Shown piece by piece: positions 8,755 to 18,547 of a stretch of DNA of 61,607 bases. Position 1 is the stretch's first letter; each line of letters begins with the position of its first letter. The DNA is from Candidatus Mediterraneibacter colneyensis (GTDB taxonomy: Bacteria; Bacillota; Clostridia; Lachnospirales; Lachnospiraceae): NCBI GenBank assembly GCA_019114745.1, contig DXEY01000155.1, positions 1-61,607 on the forward strand. Reading direction: 5' to 3'. The notes beneath the pieces are model-generated. The model was given only the letters and a program-made list of their open reading frames with translations, did not search any database and was not told the DNA's origin. A program made the translations under genes and the position numbers.

Positions 8755-10551
8755 ATGGATTTTTATGGATTTTACACGGGCAGGATCTTTGACGCGTACC
8801 GGTATCTCGGCGCGCAGGTAAAAAAGGGTAAAACAGGAAAAGAAGTGGTATTCCGCACATTTGCGCCGTCTGCTTCCCGCATCTCGGTCATCGGGGAGTT
8901 CAATCAGTGGACAGAGAGTCCCATGGAGAAGGTGCATGACGGCAATTTCTGGGAGTTCCGGTCGGAGGATGCACAGCCGGGGATGATGTATAAATACCGC
9001 ATTTATGACCGCGCGGGAAAATGGACTGACCACTGCGACCCGTACGGATACGGCATGGAACTGAGGCCGAACACGGCTTCTATCATCCGGGAGATGGGCG
9101 CTTACCGGTTCCGGGATGAAAAATGGATGAAAGGGCGGTCTGACCGCAGGGATCAGCCGCTGAATCTATATGAACTTCACTTCGGCTCGTTTAGGAAACC
9201 GTCCGGTGAGCCTGACGCATGGTACGACTATGAGGAACTGGGGGATATCCTCATCCCGTATCTGAAGGAAAACGGATACAATTATATCGAGATCATGCCG
9301 CTGGGCGAATATCCATGCGATGAATCATGGGGGTATCAGGTAACCGGATTTTTCAGCCCCACATCCAGATATGGGACTGCGGATCAGCTGAAGGCTTTTG
9401 TGGACGCCTGCCACAGAAATGACATCGGAGTCATTCTCGACTTTGTACCCGTACATTTTGCTGTGGATGACTATGCGCTGGCAGAATACGACGGCACAGC
9501 GCTGTACGAATATCCACATTCCGACGTGGGTGACAGCGAGTGGGGGAGCAGGAACTTTATGCATTCCCGGGGCGAGGTGAGGAGCTTCCTTCAGTCGGCG
9601 GCGGATTACTGGCTGAGTGAGTACCATATCGACGGACTGCGCATGGATGCGATCAGCCGTGCGGTTTACTGGCAGGGAATGCCGGAGCGGGGCGTCAATT
9701 CCAACGCAGTGGAATTTCTCCGGTATATGAACCGGGGATTGAAAGAACGGCATCCCTCGGTGATCCTTGCAGCGGAAGACTCCACAGCTTTCCCCGGAGT
9801 GACCAGAGCCGCAGAGGAAGGCGGGCTGGGGTTTGACTACAAGTGGGATATGGGATGGATGAACGACACTCTGGACTATTTCCGGACAGCGCCGGAGTAC
9901 CGGACAAGAGATTACCACAAGCTCACATTTTCTATGGCGTACTATTATGACGAGCGGTATCTTCTGCCTCTGTCCCACGATGAAGTCGTCCACGGCAAGG
10001 CGACGATCCTGCAGAAGATGTACGGGGATTACGATCAGAAATTCCCCCAGGCGAGGGCGTTCTATATGTATATGTATGCCCATCCGGGGAAGAAACTGAA
10101 TTTCATGGGAAATGAACTGGGACATTTCCGGGAGTGGGATGAAAAACGGGAACTGGACTGGGATCTTCTCGCCTATCCTGCACACCAGGAGTTCCACAGA
10201 TTTATGAAAGATCTGAACCGCTTCTATCTGGAACACCCGGCATTTTCAGAACTGGATTTTGACGCGGAGGGGTTCCGGTGGCTCGAGTGCCATGCCAAAG
10301 AAAAATGTGTGTATATCTTTGAGCGCAGGAGCAGCAGGGAGCGGATCGCGGCTGTCTTTAATTTTTCGGATGAGGAGCAGGAGGCGGAGATCCCGTGCGG
10401 GGATGCCGCGTCGCTGAAGCGCGTGTTCAGCAGTGAACTGCCGGAATATGGCGGAAGGGAAACAAGGAGGGAAAAGGTGATAAGATCCAGAAAGGGAAAG
10501 TTCACGTTTTGCCTCCCGCCGTTTAGCGCCGGGTATTATGCCGTGAAATAG
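8755..10551 (+). CDS. glgB: 1,4-alpha-glucan branching enzyme (GH13)
   Basis: SWGYQVTGFFSPTSRYG, DGLRMDAI, AEDST, KWDMGWMND, LSHDEVVHGK. Confidence 0.95.
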   Translation: MDFYGFYTGRIFDAYRYLGAQVKKGKTGKEVVFRTFAPSASRISVIGEFNQWTESPMEKVHDGNFWEFRSEDAQPGMMYKYRIYDRAGKWTDHCDPYGYGMELRPNTASIIREMGAYRFRDEKWMKGRSDRRDQPLNLYELHFGSFRKPSGEPDAWYDYEELGDILIPYLKENGYNYIEIMPLGEYPCDESWGYQVTGFFSPTSRYGTADQLKAFVDACHRNDIGVILDFVPVHFAVDDYALAEYDGTALYEYPHSDVGDSEWGSRNFMHSRGEVRSFLQSAADYWLSEYHIDGLRMDAISRAVYWQGMPERGVNSNAVEFLRYMNRGLKERHPSVILAAEDSTAFPGVTRAAEEGGLGFDYKWDMGWMNDTLDYFRTAPEYRTRDYHKLTFSMAYYYDERYLLPLSHDEVVHGKATILQKMYGDYDQKFPQARAFYMYMYAHPGKKLNFMGNELGHFREWDEKRELDWDLLAYPAHQEFHRFMKDLNRFYLEHPAFSELDFDAEGFRWLECHAKEKCVYIFERRSSRERIAAVFNFSDEEQEAEIPCGDAASLKRVFSSELPEYGGRETRREKVIRSRKGKFTFCLPPFSAGYYAVK

Positions 10552-10569
10552 ATCAAAGAGGAAAGGACA

Positions 10570-11040
10570 TCAGAATCCTTTCCTCTTCTTCGCTGTCTCG
10601 ATCAGTTCTTTTGCCTCTTCAAACGCTTCGGGGAGATAGCTTTCCGTCCATTCTTTCCCTTGCTTTTCCCGGCGCTTGATCTCGTCCCAGTCCGTCTGTG
10701 CTCCGTCGGTGCCCGGAGTGCCTGCGCTGCCGAATACATGGGGATGCCGGCGGATCATTTTGTCAGTAATGGACTGGATCACATCGTCCATCGTAAAGAG
10801 CCCCTCCTCTTTGGCGATCTGGGCGTGGATCACGACCTGCATGAGGAGATCGCCCAGCTCTTCCTTCAGGTTCTCCGCGTCTCCGGTCTGATCCAGGATG
10901 TTGATCCCGCAGATCACTTCAGCAGCTTCTTCGATGCAGGTCTTTTTCAGGCTCATGTGGGTCTGCGCGCGATCCCAGGGACATCCGTCCGGGGCGCGCA
11001 GGCGTGCGATGACTTCCTCAAACTCTTCAAACTTTGTCAT
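10570..11040 (-). CDS. mazG: Single-domain MazG-family nucleotide pyrophosphohydrolase
   Basis: LRAPDGCPWDRAQT, EELGDLLMQV, KMIRRHPHVF. Confidence 0.88.
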   Translation of the reverse strand: MTKFEEFEEVIARLRAPDGCPWDRAQTHMSLKKTCIEEAAEVICGINILDQTGDAENLKEELGDLLMQVVIHAQIAKEEGLFTMDDVIQSITDKMIRRHPHVFGSAGTPGTDGAQTDWDEIKRREKQGKEWTESYLPEAFEEAKELIETAKKRKGF

Positions 11041-11090
11041 AGTAAAATGTCTCCTTTATCTGGTGGTAAATTGTTCTTTTACCGTATTTG

Positions 11091-11450
11091 TTATTCTTCG
11101 ATTCCTGCCAGTGCCTTCATCTTTACATATGTAAAATGATTAAACACGGCGATCGTCCTGCCAACCCCGATCATGGCGAGGACAGTGCCGATCCCGATCC
11201 CAACAGGATGCCCGGTTGATACAAGGCTCAGGATCACAGTAAATGTAATGTTCGCCAGATCGAAACAGTTTTTGGTAAATCCAACGCTCTTATGGGCGGT
11301 ATCCGCGATCGCCTGCACGATGCCGTCTCCCGGATTGGGAATGATCCGCATATTTAAGGACATTGCGGCTCCGATGCCGGTTAGGATGACGGCAAGGATG
11401 AACAGTCCGAGCGTATAGAACAAAATCCGGTAACAGACCGTCTTTTTCAT
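11091..11450 (-). pseudogene. YczE/YitT (DUF6198-like) membrane protein, apparently internally deleted
   Basis: C-terminal half (TGIGAAMSLNMRIIPNPGDG...IGIGTV) joined directly to the first helix; 119 aa against about 210-220 aa recalled for the family; frame still open. Confidence 0.55.
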
Positions 11451-11566
11451 AAAATCACTGCCTTTATTTCAAAATTATGATGCTGGGGAAAAGCCCTCTG
11501 TTATTTTAGGCAGAAAAAGACCGGATTGTCAAATCCTGCCGCCGGATCAGGCCGTGTAAACAGCTA

Positions 11567-11596
11567 TAGACAGTGCGCTGCCGGCGGTGCTACAAT
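11567..11596 (+). promoter_or_regulatory. Sigma-A-type promoter of ybaK
   Basis: TAGACA-18 bp-TACAAT with extended TG. Confidence 0.5.
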
Positions 11597-11619
11597 AGCC
11601 GTTGAAGAGGTGATACTGT

Positions 11620-12099
11620 ATGAGTAAAAACAATGATAAGACAAATGTCATGAGAATATTAGACCAGAAAAAGATCAGCTACCGGAGTTACAATTATCTC
11701 AATACCGGAGCTGTCAGCGGCACGGAGGTCGCCCGCGCCCTCGGCGAGGATCCGGATACCGTGTTTAAGACACTGGTCACGGCGGGCAGGTCAAAGGCAA
11801 ACTATGTGTTTGTCATCCCGGTGGAGAAAGAGCTGGATCTGAAGAAAGCAGCACGCAGCGTGGGGGAGAAGAGCATCGAGATGATAAAGCAGAAAGAACT
11901 GCTCCCGCTGACCGGGTACATCCACGGCGGCTGTTCCCCGATCGGCATGAAGAAGCAGTTTCCCACAGTGATCGACAGGAGCGCGCAGCAGTGCGGACAG
12001 ATCATATTCAGCGCCGGGAAAGTGGGGTATCAGGTGGAAGTGGCTCTGAGCGACCTGGAGAAAGTGATCCGCTTTAAACTGGACGATATTGCAGTATAG
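11620..12099 (+). CDS. ybaK: Cys-tRNA(Pro) deacylase
   Basis: KTNVMRILD, VFKTLV, TGYIHGGCSPIGMKK. Confidence 0.93.
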   Translation: MSKNNDKTNVMRILDQKKISYRSYNYLNTGAVSGTEVARALGEDPDTVFKTLVTAGRSKANYVFVIPVEKELDLKKAARSVGEKSIEMIKQKELLPLTGYIHGGCSPIGMKKQFPTVIDRSAQQCGQIIFSAGKVGYQVEVALSDLEKVIRFKLDDIAV

Positions 12100-12127
12100 A
12101 AAAACCGCAAAATGGAACATGCAGAGG

Positions 12128-12159
12128 ATCGGATTCTGTACAGAGTCCGATTTGTATTT
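12128..12159 (+). terminator. Probable terminator after ybaK
   Basis: ATCGGATTCTG / CAGAGTCCGAT near-perfect inverted repeat followed by a T-rich tract. Confidence 0.5.
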
Positions 12160-12239
12160 GTAATGACACGAACCAGATGATATGGTATATTAATCAAAGA
12201 GTTTATTTTGATTCTGATACGGAAGGGAAGGGGCATCGG

Positions 12240-13172
12240 ATGTTAAAATACACGGTCAGGCGGATTGTGACAGGGCTCATTTCTCTGTTTGTACTTGCAA
12301 CGATTACATTTTTCCTTGTCCGGCTGATCCCCGGAAGCCCTTTTCAGCGGGGCGGGGTTTCAGAGCAGGTGGTGGAAGCGGTGGAGCAGGAATACGGGCT
12401 CAATGAACCTGTAATCTCCCAATACATGTCTTATATGTCAAATCTGCTCCGCGGTGATCTGGGAATTTCCTATCAGGATCCTTCCAACCGTGTGACCGAT
12501 ATTATCGCCAGGGCATGGCCTGTGACAGCTTCGATCGGAATTGCGGCGCTTGCGGTGTCGCTGCTTCTGGGGACAATTGCCGGAGTTGTCCGTGCCGTGA
12601 CCGGAAAAAGGTATGTAAAGGAGCTCATCTCCGGCGGGAGTATGCTCGCTGCGGGAATCCCGGGGTTTGCCGCAGCGATCCTTCTTCTGCTGGTGTTCAG
12701 CGTGAAGTTAAAATGGCTTCCGGCGTCGGGGCTGATGACGCCGGCTCATTATATCCTGCCGGTAACGGCGCTGTCGCTGTATCCGGCTGCCATGATCTCA
12801 AGGCTTCTCTCCAACACGCTTTCCGGTGAGCTGCAGAAAGATTATGTACTGTTTGCAAGGGCGAAGGGGCTGGGAAAATGGCGCGTTATCCTCGTCCATG
12901 CACTGAAAAATTCTTATCTGCCGGTGCTCAACTATATCGGGCCGGCGTCGGCTTCCCTGCTGACCGGAAGTTTTGTAATAGAGAGTATCTTTACGATCCC
13001 GGGACTCGGGCGTGAGTTCGTGGGCTCGATTACGAACCGTGATTATACACTGATATTGGGGCTGACAGTATTTATGGGAGCCGTGGTGATCATAATCAAT
13101 CTGTTTACCGATCTTCTGTGCGCATGGCTTTCCCCTCAGACAAGAAGGGCGTACAGGAAAGAAGAGTTCTGA
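12240..13172 (+). CDS. oppB: Peptide/nickel ABC transporter permease (OppB/DppB type)
   Basis: TFFLVRLIPGSP, LLRGDLGISY, DYVLFARAKGL, IESIFTIPGLG. Confidence 0.88.
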   Translation: MLKYTVRRIVTGLISLFVLATITFFLVRLIPGSPFQRGGVSEQVVEAVEQEYGLNEPVISQYMSYMSNLLRGDLGISYQDPSNRVTDIIARAWPVTASIGIAALAVSLLLGTIAGVVRAVTGKRYVKELISGGSMLAAGIPGFAAAILLLLVFSVKLKWLPASGLMTPAHYILPVTALSLYPAAMISRLLSNTLSGELQKDYVLFARAKGLGKWRVILVHALKNSYLPVLNYIGPASASLLTGSFVIESIFTIPGLGREFVGSITNRDYTLILGLTVFMGAVVIIINLFTDLLCAWLSPQTRRAYRKEEF

Positions 13173-13226
13173 CCATACCAGGGCAGGCGGCGGGGAAAGA
13201 ACAGGATTTCAGAAGGAGGATGTGTC

Positions 13227-14081
13227 ATGCCGGGCAGGCTCAGACAGCATTGGAAAAACTACACAGGCAGCAGCCGTATGGCGGTGGCAGGATGCGTGAT
13301 CCTTGGGGTATGGATCCTGTTTGCAGTGGCAGTACCGCTTTTTGGACCATGGTCATATTCGGCACAGGATGCAGAGATCAGGAACCAGGGCGCTTCCCTT
13401 GCACACTGGTTTGGGACAGACAGGTTCGGGCGGGATCTGTTCGCCAGGGTCTGGTACGGAGCGGGAATCAGCCTGATCGTGGGGACGGCGAGTACGCTGG
13501 TCAACGGAGGGATCGGTATCCTTTACGGCGCGGCGGCAGGGTATGCCGGAAAGAGAACAGACATGATACTCATGCGGATCGCCGATATCATTTCCGCCAT
13601 TCCCTCCATGCTCTACGTGATCCTGATCACACTGGTAATGGGCGCGGGGATCGGGAGCATTATCGTGGGGCTCTGTATTGCCGGATGGATCAGTATGGCG
13701 CGGATCGTCAGGGGAGAGATCATCCGGCTGAAAGAAGCAGACTATATCTACGCGGCAAGGATGGAAGGGATCGGACGCTTTCGGATTCTGTTCCGGCATA
13801 TCCTGCCGAACGCCGCGGGCCCGATCGTCGTGAATATGATCTTTCTCGTGCCCCAGGCGATCTTTACAGAGGCATTTCTCAGTTTCCTCGGAGTGGGGAT
13901 CGCCGCCCCGGCGGCAAGCCTCGGGACGATCATACAGGAGGCGCGCAGCCAGATGATGCTCTATCCGTATCAGATGATATTTCCGCTTGTCGTGTTGTGC
14001 GTGATGATCCTGGCACTTAATATGACAGGAACAGCGGTGGAAGAGCGTGTCGGAAGCAGGAGAGGAAGAGAGAAGAAATGA
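13227..14081 (+). CDS. oppC: Peptide/nickel ABC transporter permease (OppC/DppC type)
   Basis: HWFGTDRFGRDLFAR, ARIVRG, HILPN, EAFLSFLGVG. Confidence 0.88.
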   Translation: MPGRLRQHWKNYTGSSRMAVAGCVILGVWILFAVAVPLFGPWSYSAQDAEIRNQGASLAHWFGTDRFGRDLFARVWYGAGISLIVGTASTLVNGGIGILYGAAAGYAGKRTDMILMRIADIISAIPSMLYVILITLVMGAGIGSIIVGLCIAGWISMARIVRGEIIRLKEADYIYAARMEGIGRFRILFRHILPNAAGPIVVNMIFLVPQAIFTEAFLSFLGVGIAAPAASLGTIIQEARSQMMLYPYQMIFPLVVLCVMILALNMTGTAVEERVGSRRGREKK

Positions 14082-15841
14082 GTATGCTGGAAGTACAGAA
14101 CCTGAATGTGAGATATCTGACGGAGAACGGAGCTTCCGAAGTAATAAAAGACATCAGTTTTCAGGTGGAAAAAGGAGAGATCGTCGGTCTGGCAGGCGAG
14201 TCGGGATCCGGAAAAAGTACCGCCATGCTGGCAGTGATGGGTCTGCTGGACGGACGGGCAAAGATACAGTGCCGGACACTTTCCCTCGGCGGCGGTCCGG
14301 TCAGGCCCGGGTACAATGCCGCCATGATCTTTCAGGATCCACTGAGCAGCCTGAATCCTTCGCTCCGGATCGGAAAGCAGATCACGGAGACAATACGGCT
14401 GCGGCAGAAATGTAACAGGAAGGAGGTGGCAGCCCGCGCAGAGGAGCTTCTGGATATGGTGGGGATCCACAATCCGTCCCTGCGGATGCGCCAGTATCCT
14501 CATGAACTGTCCGGGGGAATGAGACAGAGAGTCGTCCTCGCCATCGCTCTGGCGTGCAGCCCGGATCTGATCATTGCGGATGAGCCGACTACAGCGCTGG
14601 ATGCAGTGGTTCAGGCACAGATCCTGTCTCTTTTCAAACGGATCGTCAGGGAGACAGGGACATCCCTGCTCCTGGTCAGCCACGATATGGGGGTGACAGC
14701 CGCCCTGTGCAGCCGTGTGTATGTGATGCACCAGGGAAAGATCGTGGAGGGAGGATCCGCTGAAGATATCTTTTATTCCCCTGCTGAGGACTATACGAAA
14801 CGCCTTCTCGCAGACGCCAGAGGCAGCAGAAAGGTTCCCGCAAAAGCGGCTGAGAGTACGCCGCTGATCCGCCTGGAGCATGTGACGAAAACGTTCGACC
14901 CGTCAGAGGGGATCCGGGATCTTTCCGCAGAGATCTGCAAAGGGGAGATCTTTGCACTGGCGGGCGAGAGCGGAAGCGGAAAGACGACAACGGCAAAAGT
15001 CCTGACCGGGATCCTGTGTGAAGACTCCGGGCATCTGTATTATAAAGGAAAGCTGCTGCCGGGAAAGAACCGGATGGAAGCGTTCGGCGGAAGGGTGCAG
15101 ATGGTGTTCCAGGATCCCTGTGCGTCTCTGAATCCTGGTCTGACGGTGCGCCAGGCGCTGAGGGAGGCGCTCCTGGCGTCTGCGAGGCGCGGCGGTGAGA
15201 CGCCGGATCCCGGCAGAACAGACCGAAAGATCACGGATATGCTCGAATTGACGGGGATTTCCGGGGGCGATGCGGATCGGTATCCCGGTGAGTTTTCAGG
15301 CGGCCAGAGGCAGCGGATCGGGATCGCAAGGGCTCTGATCACCGGGCCGGAGCTCCTTGTCTGCGACGAGGCGCTCTCATCCCTTGATGCGACTACGAGG
15401 GAGCAGATCCTTGACCTGCTTTTTGACCTGCAGAAAAAGATCGGATTTGCCTGCCTGTTTATTTCCCATGATATGTATGTGGTGCGCCGGATCAGCGGCA
15501 GGATCGGAGTGATGTACGGAGGACGCCTTATCGAAGCCGGAAGTACCGGGACGGTTTGTTCTGATCCGTGGCATCCCTATACGAAACAGCTCCTGGAGTC
15601 TGTCCCGGAGCCGGATCCGCTGAGGGCTGCCAAAGTGAAGGCTGCGCCGTCCAAAGAGCGGGGGCAGGATGCGGGGAAGGGATGCCCCTTTGCCGGCAAA
15701 TGCGGGTACGCGATGGAGTGCTGCCTGAGCGAAATCCCGGAAACGCTCCGTTTCGGAGAGCGGCAGGTGGCGTGCTTCCTGTACTCCGAAGCGCACAGCG
15801 GAAAGCGTGACAGAAACTATAAGATGACATCCCAGATATAA
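14078..15841 (+). CDS. Fused dual-domain peptide ABC ATPase (OppD-OppF type)
   Basis: Two GESGSGK Walker A motifs, LSGGMRQR and FSGGQRQR signatures, C-terminal HPYT...GCPF...C Cys-rich tail. Confidence 0.9.
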   Translation: MSMLEVQNLNVRYLTENGASEVIKDISFQVEKGEIVGLAGESGSGKSTAMLAVMGLLDGRAKIQCRTLSLGGGPVRPGYNAAMIFQDPLSSLNPSLRIGKQITETIRLRQKCNRKEVAARAEELLDMVGIHNPSLRMRQYPHELSGGMRQRVVLAIALACSPDLIIADEPTTALDAVVQAQILSLFKRIVRETGTSLLLVSHDMGVTAALCSRVYVMHQGKIVEGGSAEDIFYSPAEDYTKRLLADARGSRKVPAKAAESTPLIRLEHVTKTFDPSEGIRDLSAEICKGEIFALAGESGSGKTTTAKVLTGILCEDSGHLYYKGKLLPGKNRMEAFGGRVQMVFQDPCASLNPGLTVRQALREALLASARRGGETPDPGRTDRKITDMLELTGISGGDADRYPGEFSGGQRQRIGIARALITGPELLVCDEALSSLDATTREQILDLLFDLQKKIGFACLFISHDMYVVRRISGRIGVMYGGRLIEAGSTGTVCSDPWHPYTKQLLESVPEPDPLRAAKVKAAPSKERGQDAGKGCPFAGKCGYAMECCLSEIPETLRFGERQVACFLYSEAHSGKRDRNYKMTSQI

Positions 15842-15873
15842 ATGCATGACAGGAGAAGAAGGAGAGACTACTT

Positions 15874-17490
15874 ATGAAGAAACGGATGACGGCGGTGCTG
15901 CTCCTGGCGGTACTGCTTTGCAGTACAGTTTTGTCCGGCTGTGTGACAGCCCGGCCGGAAGGGGAGGACAGCGGAAAGAATATTACCGTGGCGATCAGCA
16001 GCGACACGGGGACGATGGATCCGGCGGGCTCAATCGCCCTGACGTATCTGGCGTATTCGGTGAGCGCTCTGGATGAACTTCTGACATATGGAGAAGACGG
16101 AGAAATCGAATACCGCGCGGCAAAGAGCTATGAAGTGAATGAGGATGCCACAGTCTGGACATTCCATCTGAGGGAGGATGCACAGTGGTCTGACGGATCC
16201 CCGGTGACCTCCGGCGATTTCCTGAACACGATTACACGCGCCCTGGACCCGGCTTCTGGCAGCGGTTATGCCAATTATCTGTTTCCCATAGAAAATGCGG
16301 AGGCGATCTATAACGGAGAGGCTGATATGTCTGCCCTCGGCGTGGAGACGCCGGACGATTACACGCTGATCTTCCGCCTGTCAGAGCCCTGCGTCTATTT
16401 CCTGGATCTGCTGAGGCTTCCGGTCTATACGCCCTCCTGTGCGGAATATGCGGACTCTGTGGACAGCGGCTGGGACAAAGACCCGGAGACGAGCCTGGCA
16501 AACGGGCCGTTCCGGCTTGCGGAATATGTGCCGGAACAGTATTTTGTGCTGGAGAAGAATGAGTATTACTGGAATGCCGATGCAGTGAACCTGGATACGA
16601 TCACGTACCGTTTCTTCGACGATACCCAGTCTATGGCAAACGCATACGAGGCGGGAGAGGTGGACGTGGCAACCTCTCTGTCCTCCACGGTAATGGAGGC
16701 GTATGAGGGACAGGAAGATCTGTATGTGGCGGATCAGATCGCTACAAGATACATTTATATGAACCTGAACGTGACGCCGCTCAATGACGTGCGTGTGAGA
16801 GAGGCGCTCAACCTGGCAATCAACAGGGAAGAGCTCTGCCGGATCGTGGGAAGCGACACAGAGCCGACTTACAATCTGGTGGCAAAATATATGACAGACC
16901 GCTCCACAGGGGAGTACTTTGTGGACGGAGCCGCTCAGCCCTTTGAGGAAAATGTGCAACGGGCGCAGGAACTGCTCGCAGAAGCGGGATATCCCAATGG
17001 GGAGGGTTTCCCTGAACTGACGTATTATTATCCGACGCTGGAGATGGATTCGGACACCGCGCAGGTGATCCAGGAACAGTTAAAGGAAAACCTGAATATT
17101 ACGATCAATCTGGAGGCGCAGGAACTTCAGGCAAATTATTCCACCCGGTATTCCGGAAATTTCGACTTGTGCCGAATGAACTGGACAGCGGACTTTGCAG
17201 ACCCCTATACCTATCTGTCCATGCTCCTGTCCAACAGCACCTACAACTGCAGCGGCATCAATGATCCGGAGTATGACGATATCGTGGAACAGTCCAATTC
17301 GGAATCAGATCCGGTAAAACGCGCGGAACTGCTCCATCAGGCAGAACAGCTTGCAGTGGGAGAACAGTTCTATATCATCCCGCTGTTTGCCATGAAGAGC
17401 GTAAACCTGGTCAGCCCGGATATCACAGGCATCCGGCAGATCCCGGCGAGCGGGGCGCTTGAGTACCGCTATGCGGACACCAATGCATGA
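15874..17490 (+). CDS. oppA: Peptide ABC transporter substrate-binding lipoprotein (family 5 SBP)
   Basis: Lipobox VLSGC; WTFHLREDAQWSDGSPVT, NGPF, VREALNLAINRE, LLAEAGY. Confidence 0.9.
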   Translation: MKKRMTAVLLLAVLLCSTVLSGCVTARPEGEDSGKNITVAISSDTGTMDPAGSIALTYLAYSVSALDELLTYGEDGEIEYRAAKSYEVNEDATVWTFHLREDAQWSDGSPVTSGDFLNTITRALDPASGSGYANYLFPIENAEAIYNGEADMSALGVETPDDYTLIFRLSEPCVYFLDLLRLPVYTPSCAEYADSVDSGWDKDPETSLANGPFRLAEYVPEQYFVLEKNEYYWNADAVNLDTITYRFFDDTQSMANAYEAGEVDVATSLSSTVMEAYEGQEDLYVADQIATRYIYMNLNVTPLNDVRVREALNLAINREELCRIVGSDTEPTYNLVAKYMTDRSTGEYFVDGAAQPFEENVQRAQELLAEAGYPNGEGFPELTYYYPTLEMDSDTAQVIQEQLKENLNITINLEAQELQANYSTRYSGNFDLCRMNWTADFADPYTYLSMLLSNSTYNCSGINDPEYDDIVEQSNSESDPVKRAELLHQAEQLAVGEQFYIIPLFAMKSVNLVSPDITGIRQIPASGALEYRYADTNA

Positions 17491-17507
17491 CAGGACGGTA
17501 GAGAGAT

Positions 17508-18524
17508 ATGATGGAATTAGTCACCGGAGGCAGCGGCAGCGGGAAGTCCGCTTATGCGGAGGAGCGGATCTGCTGTCTTCACAGTCAGGCACGCCGGGAG
17601 CGTGTCCCCGGACAGGGCGCTGTGCCGCTGTATTACATCGCGGATATGATACCATACGGCCGCGAGACAGAGGAGAAGATCGGAAATCACCGGAAGATGC
17701 GCGCGGGCAGAGGATTTTATACGCTTGAGTGGTATCTGGATCTTCCGGGAAAACTAAAGGACAGCAGGTCGCCTTCCATGGAAGGCTCCTGCACGCTGCT
17801 GGAATGCGTCTCAAACCTGGCTGCCAATGAGATGTATGAGCCTGAAGGCGCGGGAGCGGATACGGTGGAACGGGTCGCTCAGGGCGTATATATGCTGAGA
17901 GAACGGTGCGCCCATCTCGTAGTAGTGACCAACGATGTGTTCCGCGAGTCTGAGCCCGATTCGGAGGAAATGGCAAGGTATAAAGAGTACCTCGGCGCTA
18001 TCAACTGCCGTCTGGCACAGATGGCAGACCGGGTTACCGAGGTCGTGTACGGGATTCCGGTACGCGTAAAAGGTGCGGAGACAGCGAAGGATGCGGAGAC
18101 GATGAAGAGTGCGGAGATGGAAACGGGAAAGAGAGGGGACAGACATATGGTGATCGTGACAGGCGGAGCGTACCAGGGAAAATACCGTTACGCGGGACAG
18201 ATCGCATCGGAGGGGACAGAATGGGCGGACGGCGCTCTGTGTCCGCTCGACCGGATCGGTTCATGTGGGGCAATCGATCATTTTCATCTTTTTATCCGCC
18301 GGTGGATGCAGTCGGGAAGATCCCCGAAAGACCTGACGGATCAGATCCTCCGGGAAAACCGGGATCTTCTGATCGTGTGTGACGAGGTCGGATGCGGCCT
18401 GGTGCCGACGGACGCTTTTGAGAGAGAGTACAGAGAGGCAGCAGGACGGATCTGTACGGAGCTGGCAAAACACGCGGATGAAGTACACCGGGTGACGTGC
18501 GGTGCCGGCGTCAGGATCAGATAG
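17508..18524 (+). CDS. cobU: Tandem double-domain adenosylcobinamide kinase / guanylyltransferase (CobU + CobU-like)
   Basis: Domain 1: LVTGGSGSGKSAYAE, LLECVSNL, VVVTND. Domain 2: IVTGGAYQGK, DEVGCGLVP, REAAGR. Confidence 0.85.
   Translation: MMELVTGGSGSGKSAYAEERICCLHSQARRERVPGQGAVPLYYIADMIPYGRETEEKIGNHRKMRAGRGFYTLEWYLDLPGKLKDSRSPSMEGSCTLLECVSNLAANEMYEPEGAGADTVERVAQGVYMLRERCAHLVVVTNDVFRESEPDSEEMARYKEYLGAINCRLAQMADRVTEVVYGIPVRVKGAETAKDAETMKSAEMETGKRGDRHMVIVTGGAYQGKYRYAGQIASEGTEWADGALCPLDRIGSCGAIDHFHLFIRRWMQSGRSPKDLTDQILRENRDLLIVCDEVGCGLVPTDAFEREYREAAGRICTELAKHADEVHRVTCGAGVRIR
18072..18125 (+). repeat. Three imperfect 18-nt tandem repeats forming the CobU inter-domain linker
   Basis: GGTGCGGAGACAGCGAAG / GATGCGGAGACGATGAAG / AGTGCGGAGATGGAAACG, encoding GAETAK-DAETMK-SAEMET. 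Confidence 0.75.
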
Positions 18525-18547
18525 AAAGAATAAAGGAGAAACAAGAT

